In this document: one piece after another, positions 48,387 to 62,481 of the stretch
Layout: each line of letters begins with the position of its first letter
Numbering within the stretch: the first letter of the stretch is position 1
Source of the DNA: Balanoglossus misakiensis
Lineage: Eukaryota; Animalia; Hemichordata
DNA: 64,000 nt
Assembly (NCBI GenBank): GCA_040954595.2
Contig: CM082592.2
Location: 2,992,735 to 3,056,734, forward strand
Direction: 5' to 3'
Program-made: the position numbers and the translations under genes
The notes under the pieces: model-generated
Database searches by the model: none
What the model saw: the letters and a program-made list of their open reading frames with translations, nothing else
Told to the model about the DNA's origin: nothing

Positions 48387-51300
48387 ATGTCGGCAGAAAA
48401 ACAACGATTAGTGCAAGACAAGGAACGGACACATAACTGGAAACGATGGGGTCCTTTCTTGTCAGAACGGCAGTGGGGAACTGTAAGAGAAGATTACAGT
48501 GCGGATGGGAGCTGGTAAGTGAAAAAAAACAGATTATTATGAATCCTGAGGCAGGTCGCCCCCGGAGATCGCGATCTCTTTATCTTCTTATTTGTGACAT
48601 TGTCTTTATCACTCTGCAATATTACGCTCATTCGTCTTGCATCTAGGCACCAATATAGCCTTACTTCCTTTAGCGAATGTGGCACCGCACCGACAATGAT
48701 TTGCATTTTGTAGTGATGTTTGCACGGGGGAGTCACTTATATACTAATATGTTACGTGGCTTTCTTTGAATATTTTAACTGTTTCAGAAATTGTGCTGAA
48801 GACTTACTATGCACGGGGTGTGTGTAACTATATGTAAATTTTGATGTGTATTTTGGTGAATTGGAGTTTCTTTTAGTATTTCGAATATGACATTTAAAAT
48901 AAGGTAGTCACCCCCGTTCACAGCACTTGTCTAGGTACCCCACCCGCTCGGTTGTGGTCACTGGGCATTGTAAATTTGTATGTGATGACCATGACCCGAT
49001 TACAATACTGCCGCTTCCATCAATTAAAAGAAAACTTTGAACTCACAAATGTATGGTTTGATAAGTGCTATTTTCCAGTTAAATTCTGCATGACCTGAAT
49101 AAAATTGACGTTTATGCACTTGGTATCACAATTTCCAAACAATTTTCATTGGGAGTTCGAATTTTAATTATCTGGTTAAAATTTGTATATGCACTCATAC
49201 TAAGGGTTAACTTTTATAATACTTCAGTGCTTAAATGGGTGAATGGTTGTAAAGTTTTAAAATAAATGTCACAATTCCCAAAAGTTGCAGCTCATGGGGC
49301 TTTGAAGGGACTGCAGCTGGTAAAATTTAAGTATTTTTATTTTGTGTATGCTCAGGTTCTCGTTCTAGCTCCACACAAGTTGTTGACATACCATGTACAT
49401 GTGCATGTACATGTACATGTATTTGGATCAGCTAAATTCTTTATACACTGTACATGTATTTGTATACCAGCAATTATTGTTGGCAATTGAATTTTAGTCT
49501 GAACTATACAGCTTCAAAGTTGTTGACAACTGTAAGATAACCTGATATTTAGATTTAGAAGAACAACAAATTTGGTTCTTGCACACATCATAACAGTGAA
49601 ATGTTGTTCAGCTGTTCACTTGATTTAATTTTCTCTGCTTGTAAAAATTGGTGAAAATGCAACATGAGAGTTCTGATACACATGGAGCAACAAGCATCAT
49701 GAATATGGATGGGATGTTCTTAAAATAGTGCCATTCTTGAATATTAGTGCTGATAACTATTGTCATGTAATTTGTGTATATATGTGTGACATAACAATGT
49801 GAATTGTCCTGTGGGTACAAGTCCACTAAAGTCTACATCAAATATCTGTGTAATTTGTAAACTGATGTTTTGTGCACATGTAACTGTCTCTATGTCCTGG
49901 TGTTCTGGTAAATAAAATGTTTATTTCCCTTCAAATTGTGATATAAAAGGAAAAAAAAGGGAAACTGATTTTTTAAATATATTTTTTCAGCTGGGATTAC
50001 TTCCCTCATGACCAAGCACGATCCAGGGCATATCGTTGGGGAGAAGATGGTTTATTGGGAATCACCGATAGACAGTGTAGATTATGTTTTTCCTTGGCAT
50101 TGTGGAATGGTAAAGATTCTATTCTGAAGGAAAGACTATTTGGTCTCACAGGTAATTTTGCAAATTCTCAGCTGTACTTACACGAGCCATTTTGAATAAA
50201 GATGGTTTTATATGATGACTTTCCTTTTTCACTGTTTTTATTTGCACATTTGCTTTTTTTGCTGATAGTTTCTTGTCTTGCTGCTATAGGAATAGGATGC
50301 TCAGTAATCTACCATATGTGTGACTAATTGAATGTCACACTTCTAAGTATCTGGGATCAGATTTATTGCACGAGTTGAAGATACGTTTTTCTCAAAAACA
50401 GGCTTTTAGTAATGTAATTTATGCTAATTTCAATTGTTTGCAATTGTAAATGTATAATAAATTATAATGATTGATCTTTCAACACCGACAAGTAGATGAT
50501 ATAAAACTACAAAACAACAACAAAAACTGAAGAGCTGGAGTCAATTACGTGTAGCTGTTAAAAATAATCATGTCTCTCTCTCCTATCTGAAAGGACCACA
50601 AGGAAACCATGGAGAAGATTGCAAGGAAAATTATTACTACTTGGATTCAAGTCCCACTCATAGCTACATGAAAGCATTGTATAAATATCCACAAGGCGAA
50701 TATCCATATTCTCTTCTGGAAGAAGAAAATAAAAGAAGAGGAGTGGGAGATCCGGAGTTTGAATTGGAAGACACAGGTATCTGGATCTGATTTGTCAAAG
50801 GAGTTTTATGGAATGGTTCTCATTGATTCCTTTTTTAATAGCCATGTACATCTGTGTCAACATTTGTGAAATTAAGCTGGGTAAAATCTCGACAATTTCC
50901 TAGAACTTCAAGGGTGACCCCAGTTAGACTTCGACAAAATTTATGCAACTGAAAGATGAATATATAAGGTCACAGTTTAAAGTGTCAGTGCCATGCTCTT
51001 GATTTCCAATCAAAATCTTTGTCCTAGGAGCATTTTCAAACATTGCCTACTGTGTTGATTCGAAAAAAAATTTGCGTGGCACGGCAGCGATATTTGCTGG
51101 TTTTCTGAACACATGACAAGTCTGGCAATTCATACTCCAAACTTAGTGGGCCTTTGCACATGGCCTGCTGGCACATGCTTGACGTGCAGTGGACTATTTG
51201 CATAATCTGCCCTACAAATGAAGCCAGCTCATGCTCGTACATTAGCGCAGCGCATCGCCCTCCGCTACACATCGGGCGATACCCGGCGCTAATGTCCTAG

Positions 51301-54300
51301 TGCATACTTTACAATATTTTCATAATAACCTCATACTATTTCTTTTGTAGGAGTCTTCAAGGAAAACAGATACTGGGATGTGTATGCAGAGTACGCCAAG
51401 AACACACCAAATGATGTGTTGTGTAAAATCACTGTTGCCAACCGCGGTCCAGATGCTGCGACTATTCATGTTCTTCCACAGCTGTGGTTTAGAAATACTT
51501 GGATCTGGGGTTGCACTCATGAGGGCTGCACAATGAAACCTGTTATGAGATTACAGAAAGATGGATCAGTATATTGTCATCACGAAAGTCTAGGTAATAC
51601 ATGTAGCAGTTCTCTGTGTACCTCATATCTTTATTTCCTTACTGTACAAGTCCCATGATAAAATATGTTAGATATATAAAACTAACTGCAATACTAAAAA
51701 TAATCATATTCTACACTTTCAAATTCTTAGGGGAGAAGTTCACATACATACATCCTTCCCGAATACATTGCAATGATGTAAATTTATTTCAAGAAAAGAG
51801 CTTGTTACATGTACTACAACATTTTTTTATTTCATTCCTTGCAGGGAAATATTTATTTGTGGCTGATGATGCACCTGATGGAAGCAAACCACCATTACTA
51901 TTCACTGAAAATGAAACCAACACTGTTAAACTATTCAACACAGAGACCTACACTACCTATGTCAGAGATGCTTTCCACAGATATGTGATCAACGGTAAGA
52001 CAGTGATTATTCTCATCGATAGCAAAATGACATGACATTCACAACAATTTTAGAATCTTATGTAAATCACATATTCTAGCTTGTGAAATTATGTTTCCAT
52101 TTATAGAGTAGACCTACAGTGTTTCTTCCAGAGTGCGGCCTTACGTCTTTTGACACAAAAATAAACAACATGTCCCCCTGAAATTCTGGCTGTGGGTCAC
52201 GGGGACATTACCGTAATAAAGCAGATATGAACTGAATATGCTCACGTGTTTATTGTTTGATAAAGACTAGGAATGTTTAGCATTTAATTATCTGTAAAGA
52301 CTGCTGTTGGTCTTGGATATGTGTGTAGGAAGTGTGTACATGTACATATCAAATTATAATTATTATAAACACATTCATCTCATATCTGGTTCAAAGGAGG
52401 GATGAAAAAGGCGCCCTCTGTGGCAATATTGACAAAATTCATGCCCTCATACAGTGGTGTCAGTATTTTCTCCAAAATTGCAAACTTTTAGGAATTTTGA
52501 ATTCATCTCAAGACACTTTCTCCAAGAACACTCCAGATCATATCAACTCAAAATACAACTCAAAATTAATTTTATTTGTGTGGGTAATGACCCAGGAAGT
52601 GATAGGTCTGACAATTTTACTTTTTTCTTTTAGGTCAGAAAGATGCAGTCAATCCTAGGACTCACGGTACCAAAGTATCACCGCATTACATCTTGCATGT
52701 GCCTGCAGGAGAGTCGGTTACAATTCGTCAAAGATTTTTTGATAAAGCAGAAGATCCAGAACAACCCTATTTTGGAGCCAAATTTGAAGAGATATTTGAA
52801 GCTAGAAAAAGTGAAGCTGATGAGTTTTATGATACAGTAAGTATTTGTTAGTAAAATTTGCTGTTCAAAGGTTTGGGTATATACAATTCCAATAGTGTAA
52901 TGTTTTTTGGCTAATACTGATAGCTACGTGCTGACAAGTGTTTTTGTATTCATGTATCTGTATCTGTATTATATTAATTTTATAATATGTTTGCCTGTAT
53001 ATTAAGCTGTATTTGTGTGTAAATATCAGTTGTGTGTCTTTAATGTCACATGTTGGTATAATGTGCCATTGGTATGTTTATTCAAAGGTTTTTGTGTTGG
53101 TATATAATGTTCAATCACATATCACCAGTGTTCAAACAACGTCAGCTCAGTAGTGAATCCCAAAGGTAAAGTTGAGCAAAGATGCTTTCTTGTCCTGAAT
53201 AAATGTGATCAATTCTAAGTATTTTTCATGCTGCTTTTTTGTGTATATATACATGACAGGTCTTGTACACTTAAATAACCAGAAATTGAAGCATTTTTTC
53301 ATTCAAACCACAGTCAACAGTGTGAAGGTACACAGTCACCCCTAATTTACATATGCCCATATATGGCTGAAATAGTGTATTCGAGTGTTCTAAAGAACAT
53401 ATGGTGGCGCTCTTTTTTTCCGCATGTGCCACCCACTGAAAGTCTGTGATTGGCTAGATCTCAATTTACCGTGGTAACTGTAGCTAAATATGCATAGGTG
53501 ACCGTATACCTTTAATAAACACCATAAAAACTCTTTGTAATTATGCTGTACCTGTGTCTATTTCTTCACTTGCAGGTCTTCAAAAAGGGTTACAGTCAAG
53601 AACACAAGAATGTAGTCAGACAGTGTTATGCTAGTCTCTTGTGGAGCAAGCAGTTCTATCATTACATTATCAAGGATTGGTTGTGTGGAGATAAAGAACA
53701 GCCAGAACCACCAGAGAGTAGAAAACAAGGAAGAAATGTTGACTGGAAACACTTATTCAACAGAGATGTCATCTCAATGCCTGATAAGTGGGAGTACCCG
53801 TGGGTAAGTGTCAACTGTTGATAATCCCCAAGCTGTTGTGTTGTCAGTTCGTGTAGCTGATAAATGGGAGTATCCAGGGGTTCCTTTGCATTCATTTTGA
53901 ATTATAGGTGATTCTGGTGGATGAAACAGTAAACATTACTGAAAACTACATTTTGATATTAAGTCTGTTAACCTGAGCATCCACCTTCTGGCGAATCTGT
54001 CTTACAATGAAACTCTGTTGTTCTTTGGAGGATCATGACAAATATTTCTTGCTTCAGGTATCATGAGTAAAATTTCACATTTCCTGATAACTTTAGAAAA
54101 CTACCATTTGAATTTTTTCTCTCAAATGTTGTCTTTATAAGAACTACTTTGTCTTTATAAGAACTTCAAGACTCACCTATTCACCATACAGTATTCAACT
54201 TTTTGATTTGACAGTATGCTTCATGGGATCTTGCCTTTCACATGATACCGATGGCCAGAGTGGATCCGGAGTTTGCAAAGGACCAACTTTTGCTCTTTCT

Positions 54301-57300
54301 CAGAGAATGGTTTCTGGCACCAAATGGACAAGTAAGTGAGAACAGTGGGCCAATATCCCATACACAAACCACTGGTACTTGAAATTACCCACAACTCTCA
54401 GCTTTGTATCTCCAGAAGTTGACTTTCCACTCTACTTTTCATGAAACATCTAAATTAGTAATTTTAGGGAAAGTTTAGCAAGGTTAACTTTTAACTGTAC
54501 ATGTATGTGCAAGTTTTGGGTACGCTTATTCAGGAAAAGCCAGTTTTGCCATGTACAACGGACACAATTTTTTTATGTTTGCCACAGTTGCACATCCCTG
54601 TCTTTTCTACTGTCTATGGTTCACTGCACTTTAATTAATAACGCCATTCTGCAGTGATGAGCGTTGATGGATTCACTGAGAGTGAATTGTGAATTTTAAA
54701 GCTGGGCATTGCTGTAATGTGGGCACAGACCAACCACTTTTCTATGAATAGCTTCTCAACTTCTTGGTAGTATTCACAGTTTATAGTAGATGAAAGACAG
54801 CTAGATATACAATTAATGGAAGCATGCCATTTGCATTGACTTTTTTCCACTTGAATAGATGCCAGCCTATGAATTTGAATTTGGTGATGTCAATCCACCA
54901 GTCCATGCATGGAGTGTGTTCAGAGTGTTTAAAATGGTAGCACCACGTGGTGAGAGGGATAGACTGTTCCTGTCGAGATGCTTTCAGAAGTTGATGTTGA
55001 ACTTCACATGGTAAGTACGGTAGTCTTGGTTACCCAGACTCCTCTGTTTCTTCCGCTGCTCTCCAGAAAAGAGTCTGGGGAAATACTATAGAACGATTTG
55101 TAAAACAAAATGGCCGCTGTCAGGATTCGATCAGCCACTGTGATTGGTGGAAAGGTAGAATTTTAAAGCTAGAAATACCAGCAGTATGTACAAATCATAT
55201 GTTGCCCTTGTTGCAGGTGGGTCAATCGTAAAGATCCAGAAGGGAAGAACATCTTCTCCGGTGGCTTCCTTGGCTTGGATAACATTGGAGTCTTTGACCG
55301 ATCAAAACCTCTGCCGACTGGAGGGACATTAGAACAGGTAAAGTGAAGATAGTTCATGCAGGATCTATATCAATTCATAATTTTCTTATGAGTGACAGAG
55401 GATAATAAGATGGTTGGTGCCACACCACTTATTATATGTGGGTCACACAGGGACCATTAAGACGTTTCTGAAACCTCTCCACAACCCATTGTCTATGGGG
55501 CCGAGCCTCAGCGCCTATACATAAACTTTGTGTGTGCACAAAGGATTAATGCTCTGTGTTCACCATAGGCAAATAGTGTCTCTGAAACATTACAAATTTT
55601 ACCCTGTGTGAACCTGGTATTATTCATAAACTCACCTCAGGTCACTTCCTGAGTTGATCACAAAAATCAGGACTCTGTCTACAATATGAACATGTTGAAA
55701 TTGAAGCAATGTTACTGTATCATTATGTACCGGTAGGTGGATTTTGAAATCATTATCTTCATGGATACCAATTGAAACATGCAGTGATGCTAACTGTGTT
55801 TTCTCTTGCAGGCTGATGGCACTGCTTGGGTGGCCTTTTTCTGTGTAGTCATGCTGGATATTGCACTGGAATTGGCTATCACTGATCCCAGCTATGAGGA
55901 TATGGCCAGCAAATTCTTTGAACATTTTGTGTCTATCGTGGATGCTATGAATCAATTTGCCGGTGGTGGAGGTAGGTGTAATGTCATTGTATAGATTTCT
56001 ATTCTGATTCTCATTGATAGTGTTTGATAGTTTTGTTTGTAAATTACGGAAACTTGAGAATGAAGTCTGATGATGTAGATTTGAATGGTGTGTGTGTGTC
56101 ACTGTGCAACACCGTGACAGCCATTGGACACAAACGGCATTACCAATTCTAAATTGTTGCTTTTTTATTTGGGGAAACCATATTACAGTTACTGGCCTAT
56201 TGGTCATAAAAATATGGCATTCATACCTGGTTTTAGTACTAAACTACACGACAGGTTTTCATTTGCAAATGAATGTTCTAATCAGTCTTCCTGTTTACTT
56301 GATAATTGGTGATTGAAGAAAAATTAAAGCGCTTACTCATTGGATTAAAACAGCCTAATTTTGAATTGTGTATTAAAGTTTACCGTTCCACCCATGAACA
56401 TAAGCAAATGCCTTGAAGAAACATTTCCTTGTTTAACCCTATTGCTACTGGGTGTCATACCTGTCTAGAGTGTCAAGTCCCTTGTATATGCCATTTTTCT
56501 TCTTAAACGTATTTCTTAAACGTCTTGACATGGCTCTCATACATACTTAGACACACTTGGCAGTCTGAACCCCCTGTAAAATGTACCAAATCGCACTGGC
56601 TTGCACTGTATTGGTCTGTGGGTCTTGTATAGGCCCTACTGATTAACATGCACTTGGCAGTCTAACAGGCCTGGGAGCCAGGATTCTAGGCACCCTGGAA
56701 ATCAAACCAGTTTCAACTGACTTGGCAGCGTTATGGTTAAGATTAACATATCTGATACTGATCACATTTGTGCAGGTTTGTGGGATGACGAAGATGGGTT
56801 TTACTATGATGTTTTGAGAACTGATCACCACACAATCCCACTTCGTATTCGATCCATGGTGGGCCTCGTACCCCTGTACGCTGTACTGGTTCTGGACGAA
56901 GACAAATTGGCGCGGTTGGAAGGATTTCTGAAACGAACAAAGTGGTTTCTGAAATACAGAAGCGATTTATCATCAAAGGTACAGTCATTTCTGCTGTCAC
57001 TTTTCATGAAGTCTGAATGCCTGTCTAAATGACACATGTGGTGTGAGTGCGTATGATGATGAACTGTGGTTTGACTGTATGAAACATTGTTTAGATTGGC
57101 AAGCGCTTTTAGTGGTGCTGAATAATTTAAGTACTAAAATTATTGAAACCAAATCAGGAGTCCAATTCTCTACTGATCGGTTGTGTAGTTTCATTGGCTT
57201 TCAGTTTTGTGAACTTTTTCAATATTTTGACCAATTTACAACATTATTGGGGTAGCCATTTCATGACATAATGGTATAGAAACTACTGGCTCTGGTGCAG

Positions 57301-59427
57301 ACTGCCAAGTTAGATGGGTTGTATGTGCTTAATATAACAGCGAAGATGTTAACATTCTCTACAACAATATTTTTTGACAGATAGCATACATGACTAAAGA
57401 TGGTGTCAAAGGTCGTCTACTGTTGGCTATTCCATCAAGAGAAAGGCTGCAGAAAATGTTACGCTATGTTCTGGATGAGAATGAATTTCTCTCAGACTAT
57501 GGGATCAGGTCATTGTCGAAGGTGATATTTCATATTTTCTTACTTTTATTTTGAACCATACATGACTCCAACTTTCTCTTGTGTCTCCATACTGCAGGCA
57601 GCTGTTACGTGCACAAACATGAACTTTGAAAAAAAAATTATACCTGTCAGATATTCAGGGTGTAACAATGATCAGAATTAGCCCTTTTTTTACCTTCATG
57701 AACCAAGATTTTGTTATATGTGTGAGCAATATCAAAACACACACAAAACATACATGCCCACATGTATACACACACATGATAGCCCATTTTCTTTGGCATT
57801 CAATGTGATCAAGCAGAAATGATTTTCTATAATTGCCTGATTTGTTTTGATCAATCTGTACAGGTACACAAGGATCATCCATTTGTAATACATGCTGGAG
57901 GTCAGGATTATTGTGTCAGCTATGTACCTGGTGAATCCGACACATATCTGTTCGGTGGCAACAGTAACTGGAGAGGACCAATGTGGTTGTGTGGTAAGTG
58001 TAAAGCCACAAATGATGTGTTTTCCCTAGAAAGGCAGGAAATGACCTGTTTGTTGTGGGTATGCAACCTGCAGAAAACTATAATCACCCTTGACTGTGTG
58101 TTGTTAGGGATGTGGGGCTATGGAAGGGGTTTTTACCTGCCATTGTGGTAGGACGCCGTCCAACTACCCCGACAAACTTCAAACTAATGGTACATTGTAA
58201 CCTTGAGGGGCATAGCTGTGTATTGCTACTAAAATTACTGAAAAGATTTGTTTTACTTCTCAGCCATTTGATATATAAATATATACCAAAGAAGCTTATA
58301 ATTACACTCAGTGTCTTTCTGTCTTTCTGTCTTCAGTGTTTCAACCAACTTTAGACAGCATGAGAGACATTGTGACCCACAGCAGGTTAGAAAGGGGGGA
58401 ACATCATATTTCGAGGACCATGTTAGGGACTTCGTTTATCAGTGTCAACACAGCCTAGACAACATTCCATTACACACAGGGCCTAAAAATTATTAACGCA
58501 AGAGATTGTAAGGATGTGTGAAAAAATGATCTAATTTTATTAATTTTCTTCTTACAGTGAATTATTTGATCATTGAAGCACTCGAGAGGTACGATTACTT
58601 CTACGGTGAGGAGTTCCAAGCCGAGTTTCCAACAGGATCTGGGAAATACATGCGTCTCTCTCATGTGGCCCAAGAGTTGGCCCACCGACTGACGAAACTC
58701 TTCACCCCAGATGAAACTGGTAGAAGACCATGCCATGGTGACAACCTGAAATACAGGGATGATCCGCACTGGAAGGAACTGGTTCTGTTCTATGAGTATT
58801 TCCATGGTGACACTGGTCGAGGGTGTGGTGCTAGGTGAGTTATTATCAAAAATCATACACTTTCATTGAAAATGCAATGGAGCCAATCAGAAAGGATGTC
58901 TCAAGATGAGAATAATAGTGACCATACACATGATTAATGATTGGCTAATTCAATAGTGAGCTTTGCCATAAATCTTTAAATGTTCCATTCATAATTCTGC
59001 AGATTTCTAAAGAAATATGACAGAGTTTATTTTTTGTGAAGCGTCATGGAGTGAAATTAAGTTCTGCTCCACCAGAATGAAGTTTTTTTGTTTTCTAAAT
59101 AGTGTAACTTAAAAAACGGATGAAAGAAAGTTCACTAAATGCTCACACAGTCATACTGGTCTGTGTTGTCAAAATAGATGTTTAGTACACAGATCCTCAG
59201 CAACCAGTTGCTATGCACTTGGCACTGTTATTTTCATATATGACTGTAGACTTTGTTAATTGTTCCTGGAATCTATGCCAAAATTAGACCCTAAAAAGTG
59301 TGATCTTTACTTTTGTTTCAGTCATCAGACCGGTTGGACTGCGGTCATTGCCAATTGTTTTGAAAGATGTGCACTGAGAAACGAAAGACTCGCCAAGGAA
59401 AAGGCTGATGCTGCTACAACGGAGTAA
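48387..59427 (+). CDS. GH63/MGH1-like glycoside hydrolase (yeast YMR196W-like glucosidase), ~900 aa, 16 exons
   Basis: Exons 48387-48514, 49991-50151, 50594-50776, 51351-51593, 51845-51994, 52634-52836, 53576-53803, 54215-54331, 54859-55010, 55217-55337, 55812-55971, 56776-56978, 57381-57521, 57864-57993, 58558-58834, 59322-59427 splice in frame. Motifs: [120 protein letters not shown]. Confidence 0.93.
53326..53511. mobile_element. Kolobok-like MITE, inverted copy of 7462-7646
   Basis: AGGTACACAGTCACC...GGTGACCGTATACCT|TTAA with homologous interior. Confidence 0.8.
56437..56736. mobile_element. piggyBac-like MITE, inverted copy of 11259-11564
   Basis: TTAA flanks and ~300-bp reverse-complement similarity; ends 40 nt before a GH63 exon. 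Confidence 0.8.
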
Positions 59428-59764
59428 GAAGGAATGAAGTCAAGGCCTTTTACATTCACCGTGTCTTTCTTCTGGTTCAATGTTTCTTGGCCATTTCAGT
59501 CATTTGGAAAGTTTGTTGACTGACTTGAGTGTGTTTCCTCAAAATGGTTGCGCCATATGTAATTTTCTGGTATCTGTGGTGTTTACCATATTTGCCGAGC
59601 GAGCATACTCCAGTCGATATGAGAGTGGTTTCTACACATGATAGTAACAATAATCAATTGACACAAATCCCTGTACAAATGAAATTATTATGAAGGAAGG
59701 GGTCGTCGCACAGCGTGGGTGTGTCCCCCTTGATGAGAATATGTCCTCCCATACCTCCCTTTAA

Positions 59765-60109
59765 AGGGACAAAGTCTCTCTCGCTGCCCTTTTTTCCATT
59801 AATTATGTTTGATACAAGCCACTGTTTATGTTACTGTACATGTGGATATATAGTGAATCAATGATCAACCACACAAAACTTCCATCCCACTTGTATGATA
59901 TGAGAGTAAAAACTCGCCCAAAATGAATAAATGGTAAAGAACGATTATTCATTTTGGCGAGTTATTCACTCTCCTGTCTATAAGAGGGATGGAAGTTGTG
60001 TGTGGTTGAACGTTCATTCACTATTTATCCACATGTAGAATAACAAACGGTGTCTTGTATCAAATATAATTAATGGAAAAAAGGGCAGCGAGAGAGAGAC
60101 TTTGTCCCT
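59765..60109. mobile_element. Palindromic Kolobok-like MITE (TTAA TSD) downstream of the GH63 stop
   Basis: TTAA|AGGGACAAAGTCTCTC...GAGAGACTTTGTCCCT|TTAA; arms pair along most of the ~345 bp. Confidence 0.85.
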
Positions 60110-62481
60110 TTAAACTGTTTTATAAAGAGTTAACCATTCCATTGTAAGATTCCAGAATATATGCTCTGTACCATGCCATTTATACAAATTTATACAGCTT
60201 TTTAAATTGATCCTACCCGTATATGATAATCTGAAATTTCTTTGCATAATTCCACTCTAAGAATGTGTGAGGAAGTTTTCTAGTAAGAGATTTATTTCTA
60301 TTAGTGAATATGTAAACTTCAATATATCAGAAGGATGTTTAGTTAAGTTTTATATTCAAATTTAATATTCAGATATATGAAGAATATTTTATTAGTTTTT
60401 CTCTTGGGATGACAGTGTTCAACACATATGAGAAGTTGGGTCCACTTTTGACAGCAATGGTTTGCACAGACACACAGTCTACATGTACTTGTCAGATTTG
60501 ATAATAGATGCTGCAAATATTGACTGTTGTCTCAGGTACATGTGCTCCTGGAATGTGTAATTGACAAAATAAACATGTTTTCTTTTTCCATCTTGGAGTG
60601 ATGGTCTGTGTCTTTAGCCCACAAAACCAAGGGGGGTTTGCACCCCCCCCCCACTCATTTGTGGGGGGGGGGGGGCTAGTAATACTGACCACTTTCACAA
60701 ATCCTATATAACTTTACATCTGAGCATGCAGGATCTATGCTTGCGTATACCATTTTTAGGATGTCATGGTCTATTTATAGACCAGAGGTGCTATTGCAGT
60801 GGAAACCATCTGGAGAGACACTTCCCTCCATTAACCTGTGGGCAAGCTGATTAATTGGTGTGTGTGTGGGGGGGGGGGGTCTTTGCTTTGGGTTGAAAGG
60901 TGTAGGAAAGCAAATTTGAGCTGTGACGGAAATCAGAAGGGACTTAGCCAGTTTGATAAGGATGATGTGACGGTGCATTCTAAGGCCCATTTTCCTAGTG
61001 TTCGTTCAAACCAATGACCAATTCCCTATTTGGAGGCTCTTGTAAACACACAGAAACGTACACCAGAAAACCCTTTCTGGAAAACATTGCAGAAATGATG
61101 CAGAAATACCAATTTGAGGTGTATGGGGATGATTTTTATTTTCTTAATATCTAAAATGTTAACTTTGTAAAACAGAGGTTCGGAATGAGCAATGAAATGA
61201 GAAAAGGTAATTGAGCGAACAACCCGTTTCTGAAGATGAAAATATTATAAGTAGCTGGAGAAAGTGTGTCCCACAATTTCCAAACTGTACATTATATGGG
61301 TAAAATGAATGCATTATAAAGTTGAATGAGAATCGATTTTGGAACATAACATTATATACATGTGATAATACCAATTTTGGGTGTTATAAATGCAATAACC
61401 TCCCTTGCGTGATATTTTCATGACAAAGATGAGTCTCAAAGTTCAATAAAAAAAGCCACGACACTTATAAAAATACCACCATACCCACCCTTTTATATAA
61501 AAGATAGTATTTAAAAAGTGCTGCGCATAACGTAATTATGCTGGCAATAACCATATAATAATACGAAACAGTAATGTTTCTTGAAAAATTTACAAACCAC
61601 AGAAGTTCTCAATTGGCCAATAGAGTGCGGCCACATGATAACATTTTATTGACAGGATGATAAAGTTGTTGTTTTTTTTATGGCGGCAAATGCCTTGGTT
61701 GCTATGGATATAACTTGTGTATATAGAGGTCCCAAGTAAAAGTTTTTCAACAGAAGTGACGTGAATCTTGCTGTCGATGTTTGCATTAATATCTGAAATA
61801 CAACATGGTAAGTGTAGTGTTGCACCGCTTGCACCTATAAAGATATTGTTGGTCGATACACTGTACATTGCCGTTCGTACCTTTGACCAGTATGCTAAGC
61901 GATCATTGGCGAATGTGACCAAATAGACTCGGGCATTTTGAATAATGGTTTGAACATTAGAGATGACTTTTCTTATGTGGGATGACTGGGTGAGTCCTCC
62001 CACATAAGAAAATTGTGTGAAATACAGTGCTCAAAGTTGCATTTTAATGAACTCAAAAGAAAATGAACTCAATGTGAGGGACAAATTTTACTTTTGCCAC
62101 TCCACTCAAAGTGGGGTGGGGTCACTGGGGTGGCAAGAAATCTGCCCAGGTACACTAGACAAACCAGCCAATAAATGAAACCTGGTGAAGTATGGAGGGG
62201 GTGGGTGTTCTGCTGTGCAAAATTTCCACATTTTCTATAGGAAGGAATTGTAGCCCGACGGGCCAGCCAACTCGGCACATAAAGGCCTGTGGGAGCTAAC
62301 ACTCTGTATGCGTTGAGGGATTTCTGGTGGTAACAACATTAATGCAGCCTGAGGGTAATGTTAGAACACGGCCACAAAAGTATTCTCCAATCGGCGCCAG
62401 TGTGGTGTAGAATAGAATGACAATCCTGTCTTCCGATATAGAAAGTTACCCCCCCCCCCCGGCCCGTTTGTATGAACACCA

